This document shows positions 49,051 to 57,756 of a DNA stretch of 64,000 nucleotides, piece after piece. The stretch is from Christensenellaceae bacterium (GTDB lineage: Bacteria; Bacillota; Clostridia; Christensenellales; UBA1242). Location of the stretch: assembly GCA_031260975.1 (NCBI GenBank), contig JAISKJ010000003.1:229758-293757 (forward strand), written 5' to 3'. Numbering within the stretch: the stretch's first letter is position 1; every line of letters starts with the position of its first letter. The position numbers and the translations under genes were made by a program. The notes under the pieces were generated by a model. That model made no database searches. It was not told where the DNA came from and saw only the letters and a program-made list of their open reading frames with translations.

Positions 49051-49746
49051 ATGCTGAAAAAACTTATAAAATTTATTAAACGTGTATTTGGTGCCGACCT
49101 GGAGCTGCTTATAGCCTATATTTGTGGGGGAGAAGCTCTTCCTCAGCCGCTTGAGCCTGAAGAGGAGCGCAAGCTTATTATAAAGCTTGGTGAGGGTGAT
49201 GAGAGTGCTAAAAACACTTTGATTGAACGCAATCTGCGGCTTGTGGTATATATCGCTAAAAAGTTTGAAAATACCAGAATTGACATGGACGACCTAATTT
49301 CGGTTGGTGCTATCGGCCTTATTAAAGCTGTAGGCTCGTTTGATACCACTAAAAATATTAAGCTTGCCACTTATGCCTCAAGGTGTATTGAAAACGAAAT
49401 TTTAATGTATCTGAGGAAAGTCACCAAACACAAACAGGAGGTCAGCCTTGACGAGCCTCTTAATTTTGACAAAGACGGCAACGAGCTTTTGCTGGCAGAT
49501 GTGCTTGCTACCGAAAACGACATTGTGAGCAAAGACATTGAACTAAATGCCGAAAAACAGCTTTTGATGTGTGCCATCGGAAAGCTGAACCCACGCGAAC
49601 AGCAGATTATGTGTTTGAGGTTTGGCCTCAAGCAGCATGAAGAGAGCACTCAAAAAGAGGTGGCTGATATGCTGGGGATATCACAGAGTTATATTTCGAG
49701 AATAGAAAAGAAGGTGCTAACACGCCTGAAAAAAGAAATCAGTTGA
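49051..49746 (+). CDS. sigE: Sporulation sigma factor SigE (pro-sigma-E)
   Basis: Pro-sequence [14 protein letters not shown]...[17 protein letters not shown], region 2 LVVYIAKKF and region 4 [18 protein letters not shown]. Confidence 0.9.
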   Translation: MLKKLIKFIKRVFGADLELLIAYICGGEALPQPLEPEEERKLIIKLGEGDESAKNTLIERNLRLVVYIAKKFENTRIDMDDLISVGAIGLIKAVGSFDTTKNIKLATYASRCIENEILMYLRKVTKHKQEVSLDEPLNFDKDGNELLLADVLATENDIVSKDIELNAEKQLLMCAIGKLNPREQQIMCLRFGLKQHEESTQKEVADMLGISQSYISRIEKKVLTRLKKEIS

Positions 49747-49773
49747 TTTTTAAACAAAAATAATGTATTTTTA

Positions 49774-49800
49774 TTGCCGGTATTATGCCGGCATATTTTT
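49774..49800 (+). terminator. Hairpin terminator between sigE and sigG
   Basis: TGCCGG-tattatg-CCGGCA followed by tatTTTTTT. It contains the ATG (49785) that the ORF track used as the sigG start. Confidence 0.6.
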
Positions 49801-49868
49801 TGTCTTTATGTATAATTTTGTTGGGTTTGGGGGAATATATCACAAAACCATTCAATGGAGGGTTCCCT

Positions 49869-50639
49869 TTGGCAAACAAAGTTGTTATTTGTGGGGTTAA
49901 TACTTCACTTCTTCCAAAACTTAAGGGTAAAGAGATAGCTGAGCTTATGGTCAGACTTAAGGCCGGCGACAGAGAAGCACGGCAGCTTTTTATTTTCAGT
50001 AATATGCGTTTGGTGCTTAGTGTAGTGCAGCGTTTTTGCATGCACAAAAGCAACGTCGATGATGTGTTTCAGGTGGGTTGCGTAGGTTTGATTAAGGCCA
50101 TGGAAAACTTTGACGAAGGTTTTAACGTAAAGTTTTCAACTTACGCTGTGCCTATGATTATTGGTGAGATAAGAAGGTATCTTCGGGATAACACCAGTGT
50201 TAGGGTGAGCAGAAGCTTAAGGGATATAGCCTATAAGGCACTGCAGTCAAGGGAGCGTCTTGGGGCAAACAAAACAGAGGAGCCTAGGCTTGAGGATATT
50301 GCAAACGATATTTGTGAGCCGCTCATAAATGTAATCAGCGCACTTGATGCCATAAGCGATCCTGTTTCGCTTTATGACCCTGTGTATAATGATGGTGAGG
50401 ATACTATGGTGATGGACCAAATTGGAGACAGCAAAAACACCAGCGAAAATTTGATAGAGCAGGTAGCTTTGCAAGAGGCTATGGGTAAGCTGGGTGAGCG
50501 CGAAAAGCAGATTTTAAGACTTCGGTATTTTTTGGGTAAGACCCAGACAGAAATAAGTGATGAAGTGGGCATAAGTCAGGCGCAGGTAAGTCGTCTTGAA
50601 AAAAATGCTTTGAGTGAGTTGAAGAAGTCATTAGTCTAA
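49869..50639 (+). CDS. sigG: Sporulation sigma factor SigG
   Basis: (M/L)ANKVVICGVNTSLLPKLKGKEIAELMVRLKAGDREARQLFIFSNMRLVLSVVQRF is the typical SigG N-terminus. The start is proposed at TTG 49869 (SD GGAGGG 6 nt upstream). The upstream part of the track ORF covers a terminator. Confidence 0.85.
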   Translation: MANKVVICGVNTSLLPKLKGKEIAELMVRLKAGDREARQLFIFSNMRLVLSVVQRFCMHKSNVDDVFQVGCVGLIKAMENFDEGFNVKFSTYAVPMIIGEIRRYLRDNTSVRVSRSLRDIAYKALQSRERLGANKTEEPRLEDIANDICEPLINVISALDAISDPVSLYDPVYNDGEDTMVMDQIGDSKNTSENLIEQVALQEAMGKLGEREKQILRLRYFLGKTQTEISDEVGISQAQVSRLEKNALSELKKSLV

Positions 50640-50862
50640 ACTTTTGTTTTAAACCTGTATTAGATATTTATTGGATTTTAGCTGTTCGGCAAAAGAGACA
50701 AAGAAGATGTGAAAAATTTTGCCTTACATCTAAAAGTCCAAGTAAACATATCATACAGGTTTTTTTACTATATATCCATAATAAAGGGAAAAAGCGGGTT
50801 ATTTTATGTAATGTTTTGTTCTTTCCGGGCGAAAAATCGCATATAATACGGCGAGGTGGATT

Positions 50863-51327
50863 TTGGAAAGTTCATTTAGCGAAATGAGGTGTAAGCATGT
50901 TATTAATGTGGCTGACGGCAGCCTGCTCGGTCATATTATTGATCTTGTGTTTGATATCAGAACAAGCAGAATTTTGGGCTTTGTTGTGCCGGGTTGCAGG
51001 TCGTCTTTTAATTTTTTTAAGTCCCCGCCAGAAATTTTTATTCCGTATTGCAACATTTGTAAAATAGGGGAAGACGTAGTTTTGGTAGAGGTGCATAACC
51101 TGCCTTCGAGGCATAAGCGCATAAAGGTATTAAACGATGCTAAAACGCTTGGTTCCCCCGCGGGGCAATATCAGAACCCGCAAGATTATGAAAATGTTAC
51201 GGCTACAAATAAACCAAACACAAACCCTAACATAAAAAATACTATGGAAAAGGGCAGTAGTCCCAATTATTATATAGGTGACTATGAAACAAACGATGGA
51301 AAAGATGACATTTTTTTGAATAAATAA
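50863..51327 (+). CDS. YlmC/YmxH-family PRC-barrel sporulation protein with long low-complexity C-terminal tail
   Basis: CKHVINVADGSLLGHIIDLVFDIRTSRILGFVVPG...ICKIGEDVVLV matches the YlmC/YmxH pattern. An extra ~70 aa N/P-rich tail follows. The start is TTG 50863 or ATG 50884. Confidence 0.7.
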   Translation: MESSFSEMRCKHVINVADGSLLGHIIDLVFDIRTSRILGFVVPGCRSSFNFFKSPPEIFIPYCNICKIGEDVVLVEVHNLPSRHKRIKVLNDAKTLGSPAGQYQNPQDYENVTATNKPNTNPNIKNTMEKGSSPNYYIGDYETNDGKDDIFLNK

Positions 51328-51436
51328 AGTCAATAATACAAAAATTGGCAATATGCTCAAAAATGCTAGCGCAAAACCTCGATATGTTGTATAATCAAAA
51401 CAAGTTTAGCAATATACGTGGGGGAGGGGCCTGCCT

Positions 51437-51880
51437 ATGAAATGTGTTTTTTGCGGATTTGAAGAAAGTAAAGTTATAGACTCGCGGTCAACCGAAGATT
51501 CTAATTCGATCAGAAGGCGCAGAGAGTGTCTTAAGTGCGGAAAGCGTTTTACTACCTATGAGACGGTGGAAAGTGTTCCTATTTTGGTGATTAAGAGCAA
51601 TGGCTCAAGACAGCCGTTTGATGTTCAGAAGATTAAGAGAGGCATAATTAAGGCCTGTGAAAAACGCCCTATAACACTTTCGCAGATTGAGGATGTTGTG
51701 ACGGGTATAGAAAAGAAAATCACCAATAGCCTTGATCAGGAAGTTTCAAGCAATTATATCGGTGAGCTGGTTATGGAGGGGTTAAAGCCCCTTGACGAAA
51801 TAGCTTATGTAAGATTTGCGGCAGTCTATCGCAAATTTAAGGATATATCCATGTTTAAAACTTTTATAAACGAAATATGA
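51437..51880 (+). CDS. nrdR: Transcriptional repressor NrdR
   Basis: MKCVFCGFEESKVIDSRSTEDSNSIRRRRECLKCGKRFTTYE zinc ribbon plus ATP-cone. Confidence 0.95.
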   Translation: MKCVFCGFEESKVIDSRSTEDSNSIRRRRECLKCGKRFTTYETVESVPILVIKSNGSRQPFDVQKIKRGIIKACEKRPITLSQIEDVVTGIEKKITNSLDQEVSSNYIGELVMEGLKPLDEIAYVRFAAVYRKFKDISMFKTFINEI

Positions 51881-51907
51881 GCAGGACAGTACCCTGCTTT
51901 ATTTTTT
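51881..51907 (+). terminator. Intrinsic terminator after nrdR
   Basis: GCAGG-acagtac-CCTGC followed by TTTATTTTTT. Confidence 0.75.
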
Positions 51908-51950
51908 GTTTAAATACTCTTGAAATTTTTGATTTTTTTTGTTTTGGGTA

Positions 51951-51979
51951 TTTACATTTGACATAAACTGTGGTATAAA
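51951..51979 (+). promoter_or_regulatory. Promoter of the two-gene orphan operon
   Basis: TTTACA (51951-51956), 17-nt spacer, extended -10 TGgTATAAA (51971-51979). Confidence 0.5.
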
Positions 51980-52016
51980 TAGAATGCATAGGTTGCAGGA
52001 GAGAAGGTGGGAGTTA

Positions 52017-52712
52017 ATGGCACAAAAACAGTTTAAAATTTTTAATAAGGGAATGCATTATTTTGATCCCGATAAAATGATTATAACTGAAACCGAGGCT
52101 GATGCGGATGTGGTTGTAGAAAGGCTTATAGTTAATTATGTCAGAGAAAACAAAGAAGCTCCGTTTGAAGTAAAGTCAGTAAAAAGTGATCACAGAATAA
52201 TAACTATGAAGAAAATAGAAACCCGTGATTTTTATGATCATTTTAGGCAAGAGCGGTCCCTTGTTTCAAGTCCGCTTAGTTGGACTGTGACTGCTTATCA
52301 TGTAACGGTATTTGATGTTGATGAAACTGCACAATTTCTTGGCGGCGGATATTCTCCCAGATGGGATGAATTTAGAAAGCTGGAAGAAGATATGAAAATA
52401 GAACAGGCTGAGAGCTTGGAAAATTTTGAGAAAGAAGAGGAGAAAATTGATATGGTTGGAATTGGAAGCAACTGTTTTGGAAGAGGCGTAAACTTTAAGA
52501 AGCCTGAGGTTAAAAAAGAAGTGCCTGAGGTTGTAGGGAGTATTGAAATAACCGGAAATCCGATATTTGACGAAGAAATTAGAGATGATGTTGCTATTTT
52601 TGGTTTTTCTGGTAATGAACCTGAAATTGCTGTAGTGGCAGGAGAGGTTTCTGTTGATGAAACTACAGTGGAAGCAAAGGCGGCAATTCCGCCGCGAACG
52701 TGGTGTTGTTAA
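52017..52712 (+). CDS. Hypothetical protein (231 aa, acidic C-terminal half, ends ...PPRTWCC)
   Basis: ATG 52017 with SD AAGGTGGGAG. The upstream part of the track ORF covers the promoter. No family recognised. Confidence 0.55.
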   Translation: MAQKQFKIFNKGMHYFDPDKMIITETEADADVVVERLIVNYVRENKEAPFEVKSVKSDHRIITMKKIETRDFYDHFRQERSLVSSPLSWTVTAYHVTVFDVDETAQFLGGGYSPRWDEFRKLEEDMKIEQAESLENFEKEEEKIDMVGIGSNCFGRGVNFKKPEVKKEVPEVVGSIEITGNPIFDEEIRDDVAIFGFSGNEPEIAVVAGEVSVDETTVEAKAAIPPRTWCC

Positions 52713-52777
52713 TTAAACTATAATATAAATTGTTTAAAGTTAGTAAACTAAAAAAAACAAGGGGGGGGGGTGAGCTT

Positions 52778-53506
52778 ATGGCAGAAATCTTTTCTAAGGA
52801 AGATGATGTTTTGTCGGGCAAGGAAGCGATGAAGTCGCTCATGTGTTTGGTGCGCAACTACATAAGACACATAAACAAACCCAAATACAGCAAAGAAGCA
52901 ATTATAAAAGACCAATTTATGGCAGCAGCTATTTGCGCCAATATGGTAAATGCCATATCGCTTGGCAAAAAGGATTTTTCATACTTCGGAATTACTGCTT
53001 CTCAAGTGCTTGAATGGAGTACTAAAAAGAATAATCCGTTTTCGAGGGCAGCATGTAATGTTAGAAAGGACTGTTGGCGTGATATGTTTAAGGATTGGGC
53101 GGTAAATTACAAAAGAGGCCAAAGCGGCATAGAGAGTGATGATATTTGTAAAAACATAATGAAATTTGAGGGAAATCCGCATATAAACAGCAACCTAGAG
53201 TTTAAAACCAAATGGTTTTTAAAAGAAGTGTGCTCTAAAGAGGAGATTAAATCTGCTAAGGACGAAGGCGATGAAGGTATAAAAACTTTGGCGAATACAT
53301 CCGTCATAAAAGTGCTCAATGATTTGGTTTCGGTAAGCGAACAGCGAATGGAAATTGAAGGTATGCCAAAATTCGGATTGCCGCACATACACAATAAAGT
53401 TAAAGAGAGTGATATTAGTGTTGCTCAGTGGATGGCGGGAACTTCTAAAGACAATACGCATATAAAAGCACACAAAACCGAAACTCCGCAAGCGCATGCT
53501 TTTTAA
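52778..53506 (+). CDS. Hypothetical protein (242 aa)
   Basis: ATG 52778 lies 7 nt after a G10 tract that serves as the SD. No family recognised. Confidence 0.55.
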   Translation: MAEIFSKEDDVLSGKEAMKSLMCLVRNYIRHINKPKYSKEAIIKDQFMAAAICANMVNAISLGKKDFSYFGITASQVLEWSTKKNNPFSRAACNVRKDCWRDMFKDWAVNYKRGQSGIESDDICKNIMKFEGNPHINSNLEFKTKWFLKEVCSKEEIKSAKDEGDEGIKTLANTSVIKVLNDLVSVSEQRMEIEGMPKFGLPHIHNKVKESDISVAQWMAGTSKDNTHIKAHKTETPQAHAF

Positions 53507-53508
53507 TC

Positions 53509-53540
53509 AAAAAACATCAAAACTAAGTTTTGGTGTTTTT
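53509..53540 (+). terminator. Intrinsic terminator after the orphan operon
   Basis: AAAAAACATCAAAAC-taa-GTTTTGGTGTTTTT. Confidence 0.7.
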
Positions 53541-53642
53541 CTTTTTAAAACCACATCGAGGCATACTGAAACACCTACATAATTATTAAGAATAAGTCTA
53601 TTAGTTTTTCATGAAATATTTAGCATGTAAATATAATATGGT

Positions 53643-53864
53643 ATGATAAGTTTGAGTGAAGGTAAGGTTGGTGTGCCTTATATGGTAGTGGAAATTGAGG
53701 GAGAGCCCAAAGTGAAACGCAGGCTTTGTGACTTAGGTTTTTTGGGGGCAACAGTAAAGATTGACAAGATATCAAGCCTTAAGGGAGTATATCTTATAGA
53801 AATAAGAGGCGCTCTTTTGAGCCTTAGAGCACGGATACTTAAAAACATAAGGGTGAGGGTATGA
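53643..53864 (+). CDS. feoA: Ferrous iron transport protein FeoA
   Basis: 73 aa SH3-like FeoA pattern (L.EGKVG..Y.VVEIEGE....RRLCDLGF..G..V). It overlaps the feoB start. Confidence 0.8.
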   Translation: MISLSEGKVGVPYMVVEIEGEPKVKRRLCDLGFLGATVKIDKISSLKGVYLIEIRGALLSLRARILKNIRVRV

Positions 53865-55960
53865 AAATTGTTTTGACGGGCAACCCGAATGTGGGAAAGA
53901 CAAGCTTGTTTAACAAAATCACCCGCAGCTCCCTTCATGTGGGAAATTGGCACGGGGTGAGCGTAGAAATAAAACACAAGCGCATAAAAAAGGGCGTGGA
54001 TACGCTGGATGTTGTTGACCTTCCGGGGTTATATGCTTTGAGCGCCTTAGGTGAGGATGAACAAGTCCCCATAGATTATATTTTAAGCAGCTATGACGCC
54101 CATTTTGTAAATATACTTGATGCTAATATGTTGGGGCGCAATCTCTATTTTTTGCTTCAGCTTTTGGAGGCGGGGCTGAATGTTTCGTTGTATATTAACT
54201 TTGCTAAGGAGGCCGGTAAGCGCGGCACGATAATAGACAAAACCAAGCTTATGAGCGTACTTGGAGTGAGAGTAGTTGATAATCCGCTTGATATAAAACA
54301 GGGCAAAAGTGAGTATTTGCTACCGTATTTAAGTGACAGGACCATTAAGCAACTGAGGGCGATAATTGAGCTAAATGCCAACAATAGCGGTTTAAACCCA
54401 AATTTCTGTGCCATTAAGCTGATTGAATGTGATGAAACTATAAAAAGCAGGCTACACCTGAGCCCTGAACAGACCCGTCAAATAGACCGTATTTTAGATG
54501 ATGTTGACATAGGATACATTGCAAGACTGAGATATGAATATATCGACAAAGTCGTCAGTCAGTGTGTAATAAAATCAAAAAAGTGTGTCGGAAAATATAA
54601 AATAGACAAAATTATTCTCAATAAATATTTGGCTTTGCCCATATTTATTTTGATATTGGGAGTTATATTTTTTATCACCTTTTCTTATCCGGGGCAGGCG
54701 TGTTCAAGGTTTATTAAGTCATCTATAAATAAATTCTTAGGCATACCCATAAATGCCTGGCTGGTGGACCATGAAGCTCCGCTGTGGGTGATTGATATGG
54801 TAAGCTCAGGTATAATGTCGGGAGTAGGCGGTCTGCTTAGCTTCTTGCCGCAGATTGTACTGCTGTTTTTGTTTCTGACTATTCTTGAAGACAGCGGATA
54901 TTTAAGCCGCCTGGCCTTTTCGCTGGAAGATATCTTCAAAAAGGTGGGGCTTAGCGGCAAAAGTGTATTTACGCTCCTTATGGGTTTTGGCTGTGCTACA
55001 AGCGCTGTAATAACCAGCCGCAACCTTGAAGATAAAAATAGCAAAATTAAAACTGCTATGATAACGCCTTATATGAGCTGCAGCGCAAAGCTCCCGCTTT
55101 ATGCAATTTTAGGCGGATGCTTTTTTGGCGTGGGCAACATTTTTGTGGTGATGGGTCTCTATCTTTTGGGTGTTATTGTGGCGCTGCTTTTGTCTGTGAT
55201 TTTAGAAAAAACAATGCTGAAAAGCAAAACCGACAGTTTTATGCTGGAGTTTCCGCCCTATCGGATGATTAGGTTCCGCAGAGTTCTGGGGGCAATATGG
55301 CAAAACTCCAAGATATTTATAATAAGAATAGGTTCATTTTTGCTGGCGCTGAACATAATTGTTTGGCTGCTTCAGAGCTTTTCGTTCAGCTTTGAGTATA
55401 TTGTGGGCACCACACACAAAAGTATGCTTCAGACGATTGGCGAAATCGTGGCACCGCTCCTTGCCCCAATCGGGCTCAATAATTGGGGAATTGCCGTAAG
55501 TCTGCTTGTGGGGATTGTAGCCAAAGAAATGGTAGTAAGCTCAATTGCTATAATAAACAATGTGCCAAGCAGCGTAAATTTTAACGCCATGGTGGGAGCA
55601 ACTATATTAAGCTCGGCGTCAGTTATACATTTTGACCCGCTTACGGCAGTTGTTTGCATGATTTTTGTGCTTCTTTATTGCCCTTGCCTTTCAACCTTCA
55701 GTGTTATGAAAAGAGAAATAGGCTTTAATATGGCAGCTTTCAGCGCATTGCTTCAGTTGGCGGTGGCATACAGTATATGTTTGGTGGTATATAATGTTGG
55801 CAGATTGTTCATAAATTTTGGAGGGGTTATGATATTCGGTGTTTTGGGTGCGATTGTGGTAGCGCTAAGTATTTGGTTTGTAATAAAAAAAATTGTCAGT
55901 AAAAAAACCTGCGGATATTGCAAGAACTGCGACAGGTGCAATGTTAAGAGAAGTAAGTAG
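53861..55960 (+). CDS. feoB: Ferrous iron transporter FeoB
   Basis: MKIVLTGNPNVGKTSLFN G-domain with DLPG. Polytopic C-terminal gate domains and a Cys-rich tail CGYCKNCDRC. Confidence 0.95.
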   Translation: MKIVLTGNPNVGKTSLFNKITRSSLHVGNWHGVSVEIKHKRIKKGVDTLDVVDLPGLYALSALGEDEQVPIDYILSSYDAHFVNILDANMLGRNLYFLLQLLEAGLNVSLYINFAKEAGKRGTIIDKTKLMSVLGVRVVDNPLDIKQGKSEYLLPYLSDRTIKQLRAIIELNANNSGLNPNFCAIKLIECDETIKSRLHLSPEQTRQIDRILDDVDIGYIARLRYEYIDKVVSQCVIKSKKCVGKYKIDKIILNKYLALPIFILILGVIFFITFSYPGQACSRFIKSSINKFLGIPINAWLVDHEAPLWVIDMVSSGIMSGVGGLLSFLPQIVLLFLFLTILEDSGYLSRLAFSLEDIFKKVGLSGKSVFTLLMGFGCATSAVITSRNLEDKNSKIKTAMITPYMSCSAKLPLYAILGGCFFGVGNIFVVMGLYLLGVIVALLLSVILEKTMLKSKTDSFMLEFPPYRMIRFRRVLGAIWQNSKIFIIRIGSFLLALNIIVWLLQSFSFSFEYIVGTTHKSMLQTIGEIVAPLLAPIGLNNWGIAVSLLVGIVAKEMVVSSIAIINNVPSSVNFNAMVGATILSSASVIHFDPLTAVVCMIFVLLYCPCLSTFSVMKREIGFNMAAFSALLQLAVAYSICLVVYNVGRLFINFGGVMIFGVLGAIVVALSIWFVIKKIVSKKTCGYCKNCDRCNVKRSK

Positions 55961-56036
55961 GCACCTTGCAGTGACAGTTAGAATTGTCGTGCCTTGCGGG
56001 TTGCAATGACAATTATTCTTCTATCATGTGTTTTAG

Positions 56037-56066
56037 TTGCGCGTATACGAGTATTTGTGTTAGAAT
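56037..56066 (+). promoter_or_regulatory. der promoter abutting the start codon
   Basis: TTGCGC (56037-56042), 18-nt spacer, extended -10 TGtTAGAAT (56058-56066). ATG 56073 is 6 nt after the -10 and there is no SD. Confidence 0.5.
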
Positions 56067-56072
56067 ATAGAT

Positions 56073-57395
56073 ATGAAAAAACCGCTTGTTGCCATTGTGG
56101 GCAGGCCTAATGTGGGCAAGAGTACATTTTTTAATAGAATTAACGGCAAACGTATCAGCATTGTGGAGGACACTCCCGGTGTTACCCGTGACCGTATTTA
56201 TGCCGACGCCGAATGGTGCGGGCATTATTTTACTATGGTTGACACGGGCGGGCTGGATTTTTCCGACAAGGGCGAAATGCAGAGAAATATATTCAATCAG
56301 GCGCAAATTGCTATGGATTTGGCGGACGTTATATTGTTGATGGTTGACGGCAAGCAAGGGCTTGTAAGCAGCGATATTGAAATTGCTGAGTACCTTAGAA
56401 AAAGTAAAAAGCCTATAGTTTTGGCAGTGAATAAAATAGATAATAATGAGGTTGAGCTGACTTATGATTTTTATAAGTTGAACCTTGGCGAGCCTTATGC
56501 GATATCTTCAGCTCAGCCTAAGGGGCTCGGGGATGTTTTGGACGCCGTTGTAGCAAACTTTGAGCGCAGTGTTAAAGAAGGCGACAAGGAGCCCGGCATA
56601 AAGATAGCTATAGTTGGCAAACCTAATGCCGGAAAGAGCAGCCTTACAAACAAAATTCTGGGTGAAGAAAGAGTTGTGGTAAGCTCAATAGCCGGAACCA
56701 CACGTGACGCTATTGATACGCCTTTTAGATATAACGGAAAGGATTTTGTTTTGATTGACACGGCCGGAATGAGAAAAAAGAGCGCAATTGACAAGGAAAG
56801 TGTTGAAAGATATAGCATAATCAGAGCTCTTGAAGCAGTGAAACGCTCAGACATTGTTCTTGTTATGATTGATGCAAATGAAGGTATAAGCGAACAGGAC
56901 GTTAAGATTGCCGGTTTTGTGCATGAGCAGAACAAGCCGAGTATTATTGTGGTCAACAAGTGGGATGTAGTAGAAAAAGACGATAAGACAATAAATGAAT
57001 ATAACGCAAGGCTCAGCGAGGACCTTAAGTTTATGGGCTATTTTGTGCCGCTATATGTTTCGGCGCTCACAGGTCAGCGGCTGAATAAAATTATGCCGAC
57101 GGTAGAGAAGATATTAGAAAACACCAATCGAAGAATCACCACCGGAGTTTTAAACGATATTATTCAGCAGGCAATAACGGTAAAAGAACCTCCGATAACG
57201 GGTGGGAGACGGTTAAAGATTATGTTTGCTACGCAGGTGTCTGTTGCTCCTCCAACCTTTGTGCTGTTTGTAAACGACGCCAAGCTTATACACTTTTCAT
57301 ATCAGCGGTATCTTGAAAACTGCATCAGACGCAGTGTTGACTTCAGCGGCACGCCGATTAAGCTTGTTGTGAAGTCAAGAGAAGATAAAGATTAA
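56073..57395 (+). CDS. der: Ribosome-associated GTPase Der (EngA)
   Basis: Two G-domains (GRPNVGKSTFFN and GKPNAGKSSLTN) plus a KH-like C-terminus. Confidence 0.95.
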   Translation: MKKPLVAIVGRPNVGKSTFFNRINGKRISIVEDTPGVTRDRIYADAEWCGHYFTMVDTGGLDFSDKGEMQRNIFNQAQIAMDLADVILLMVDGKQGLVSSDIEIAEYLRKSKKPIVLAVNKIDNNEVELTYDFYKLNLGEPYAISSAQPKGLGDVLDAVVANFERSVKEGDKEPGIKIAIVGKPNAGKSSLTNKILGEERVVVSSIAGTTRDAIDTPFRYNGKDFVLIDTAGMRKKSAIDKESVERYSIIRALEAVKRSDIVLVMIDANEGISEQDVKIAGFVHEQNKPSIIVVNKWDVVEKDDKTINEYNARLSEDLKFMGYFVPLYVSALTGQRLNKIMPTVEKILENTNRRITTGVLNDIIQQAITVKEPPITGGRRLKIMFATQVSVAPPTFVLFVNDAKLIHFSYQRYLENCIRRSVDFSGTPIKLVVKSREDKD

Positions 57396-57756
57396 AAATG
57401 GCGAGAGTGTGTACATGTATCTTTTATTAAAGTTGTGGCTGCTTGCATGCGGGATTTAAAATTGTTCATTCCAAAAATTTTACAGAACCAAGGCCCGTCT
57501 GATGGTTGAAATGTAAAATTTTGTGTGCACTCACAATTTCAAAACTTACATTGCAGCCTGCATATTGACTACAAGATTGTTCATGACTGATCACTCCACC
57601 ACCTGAGGGAGAAAAGGGGCGGATTATATGGTTTGCATAAATGTTTAGAGACATATATACATATTTGACGGATGAGGATAGAAGAAATGCGAGATATCAA
57701 GCTTGCAGGCATTTGTAGAATTATCGGTAAGAAATTTTAAATAAAAAGGAGTTCCT

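Noticed and set aside
53570-53642. A Fur box and a leaderless promoter were considered upstream of feoA (ATAATTATTAAGAATAAG; TATAAT at 53632-53637, 5 nt before the ATG).
   Set aside because: The AT-rich stretch matches the 7-1-7 Fur consensus poorly by eye, and no acceptable -35 accompanies the -10. This is too weak to call without a weight matrix.
57466-57654. A 62-aa minus-strand ORF lies in the der-plsY spacer.
   Set aside because: It has no SD or promoter, is antisense to the flanking operon direction, and has a low-information sequence. It is probably non-coding.
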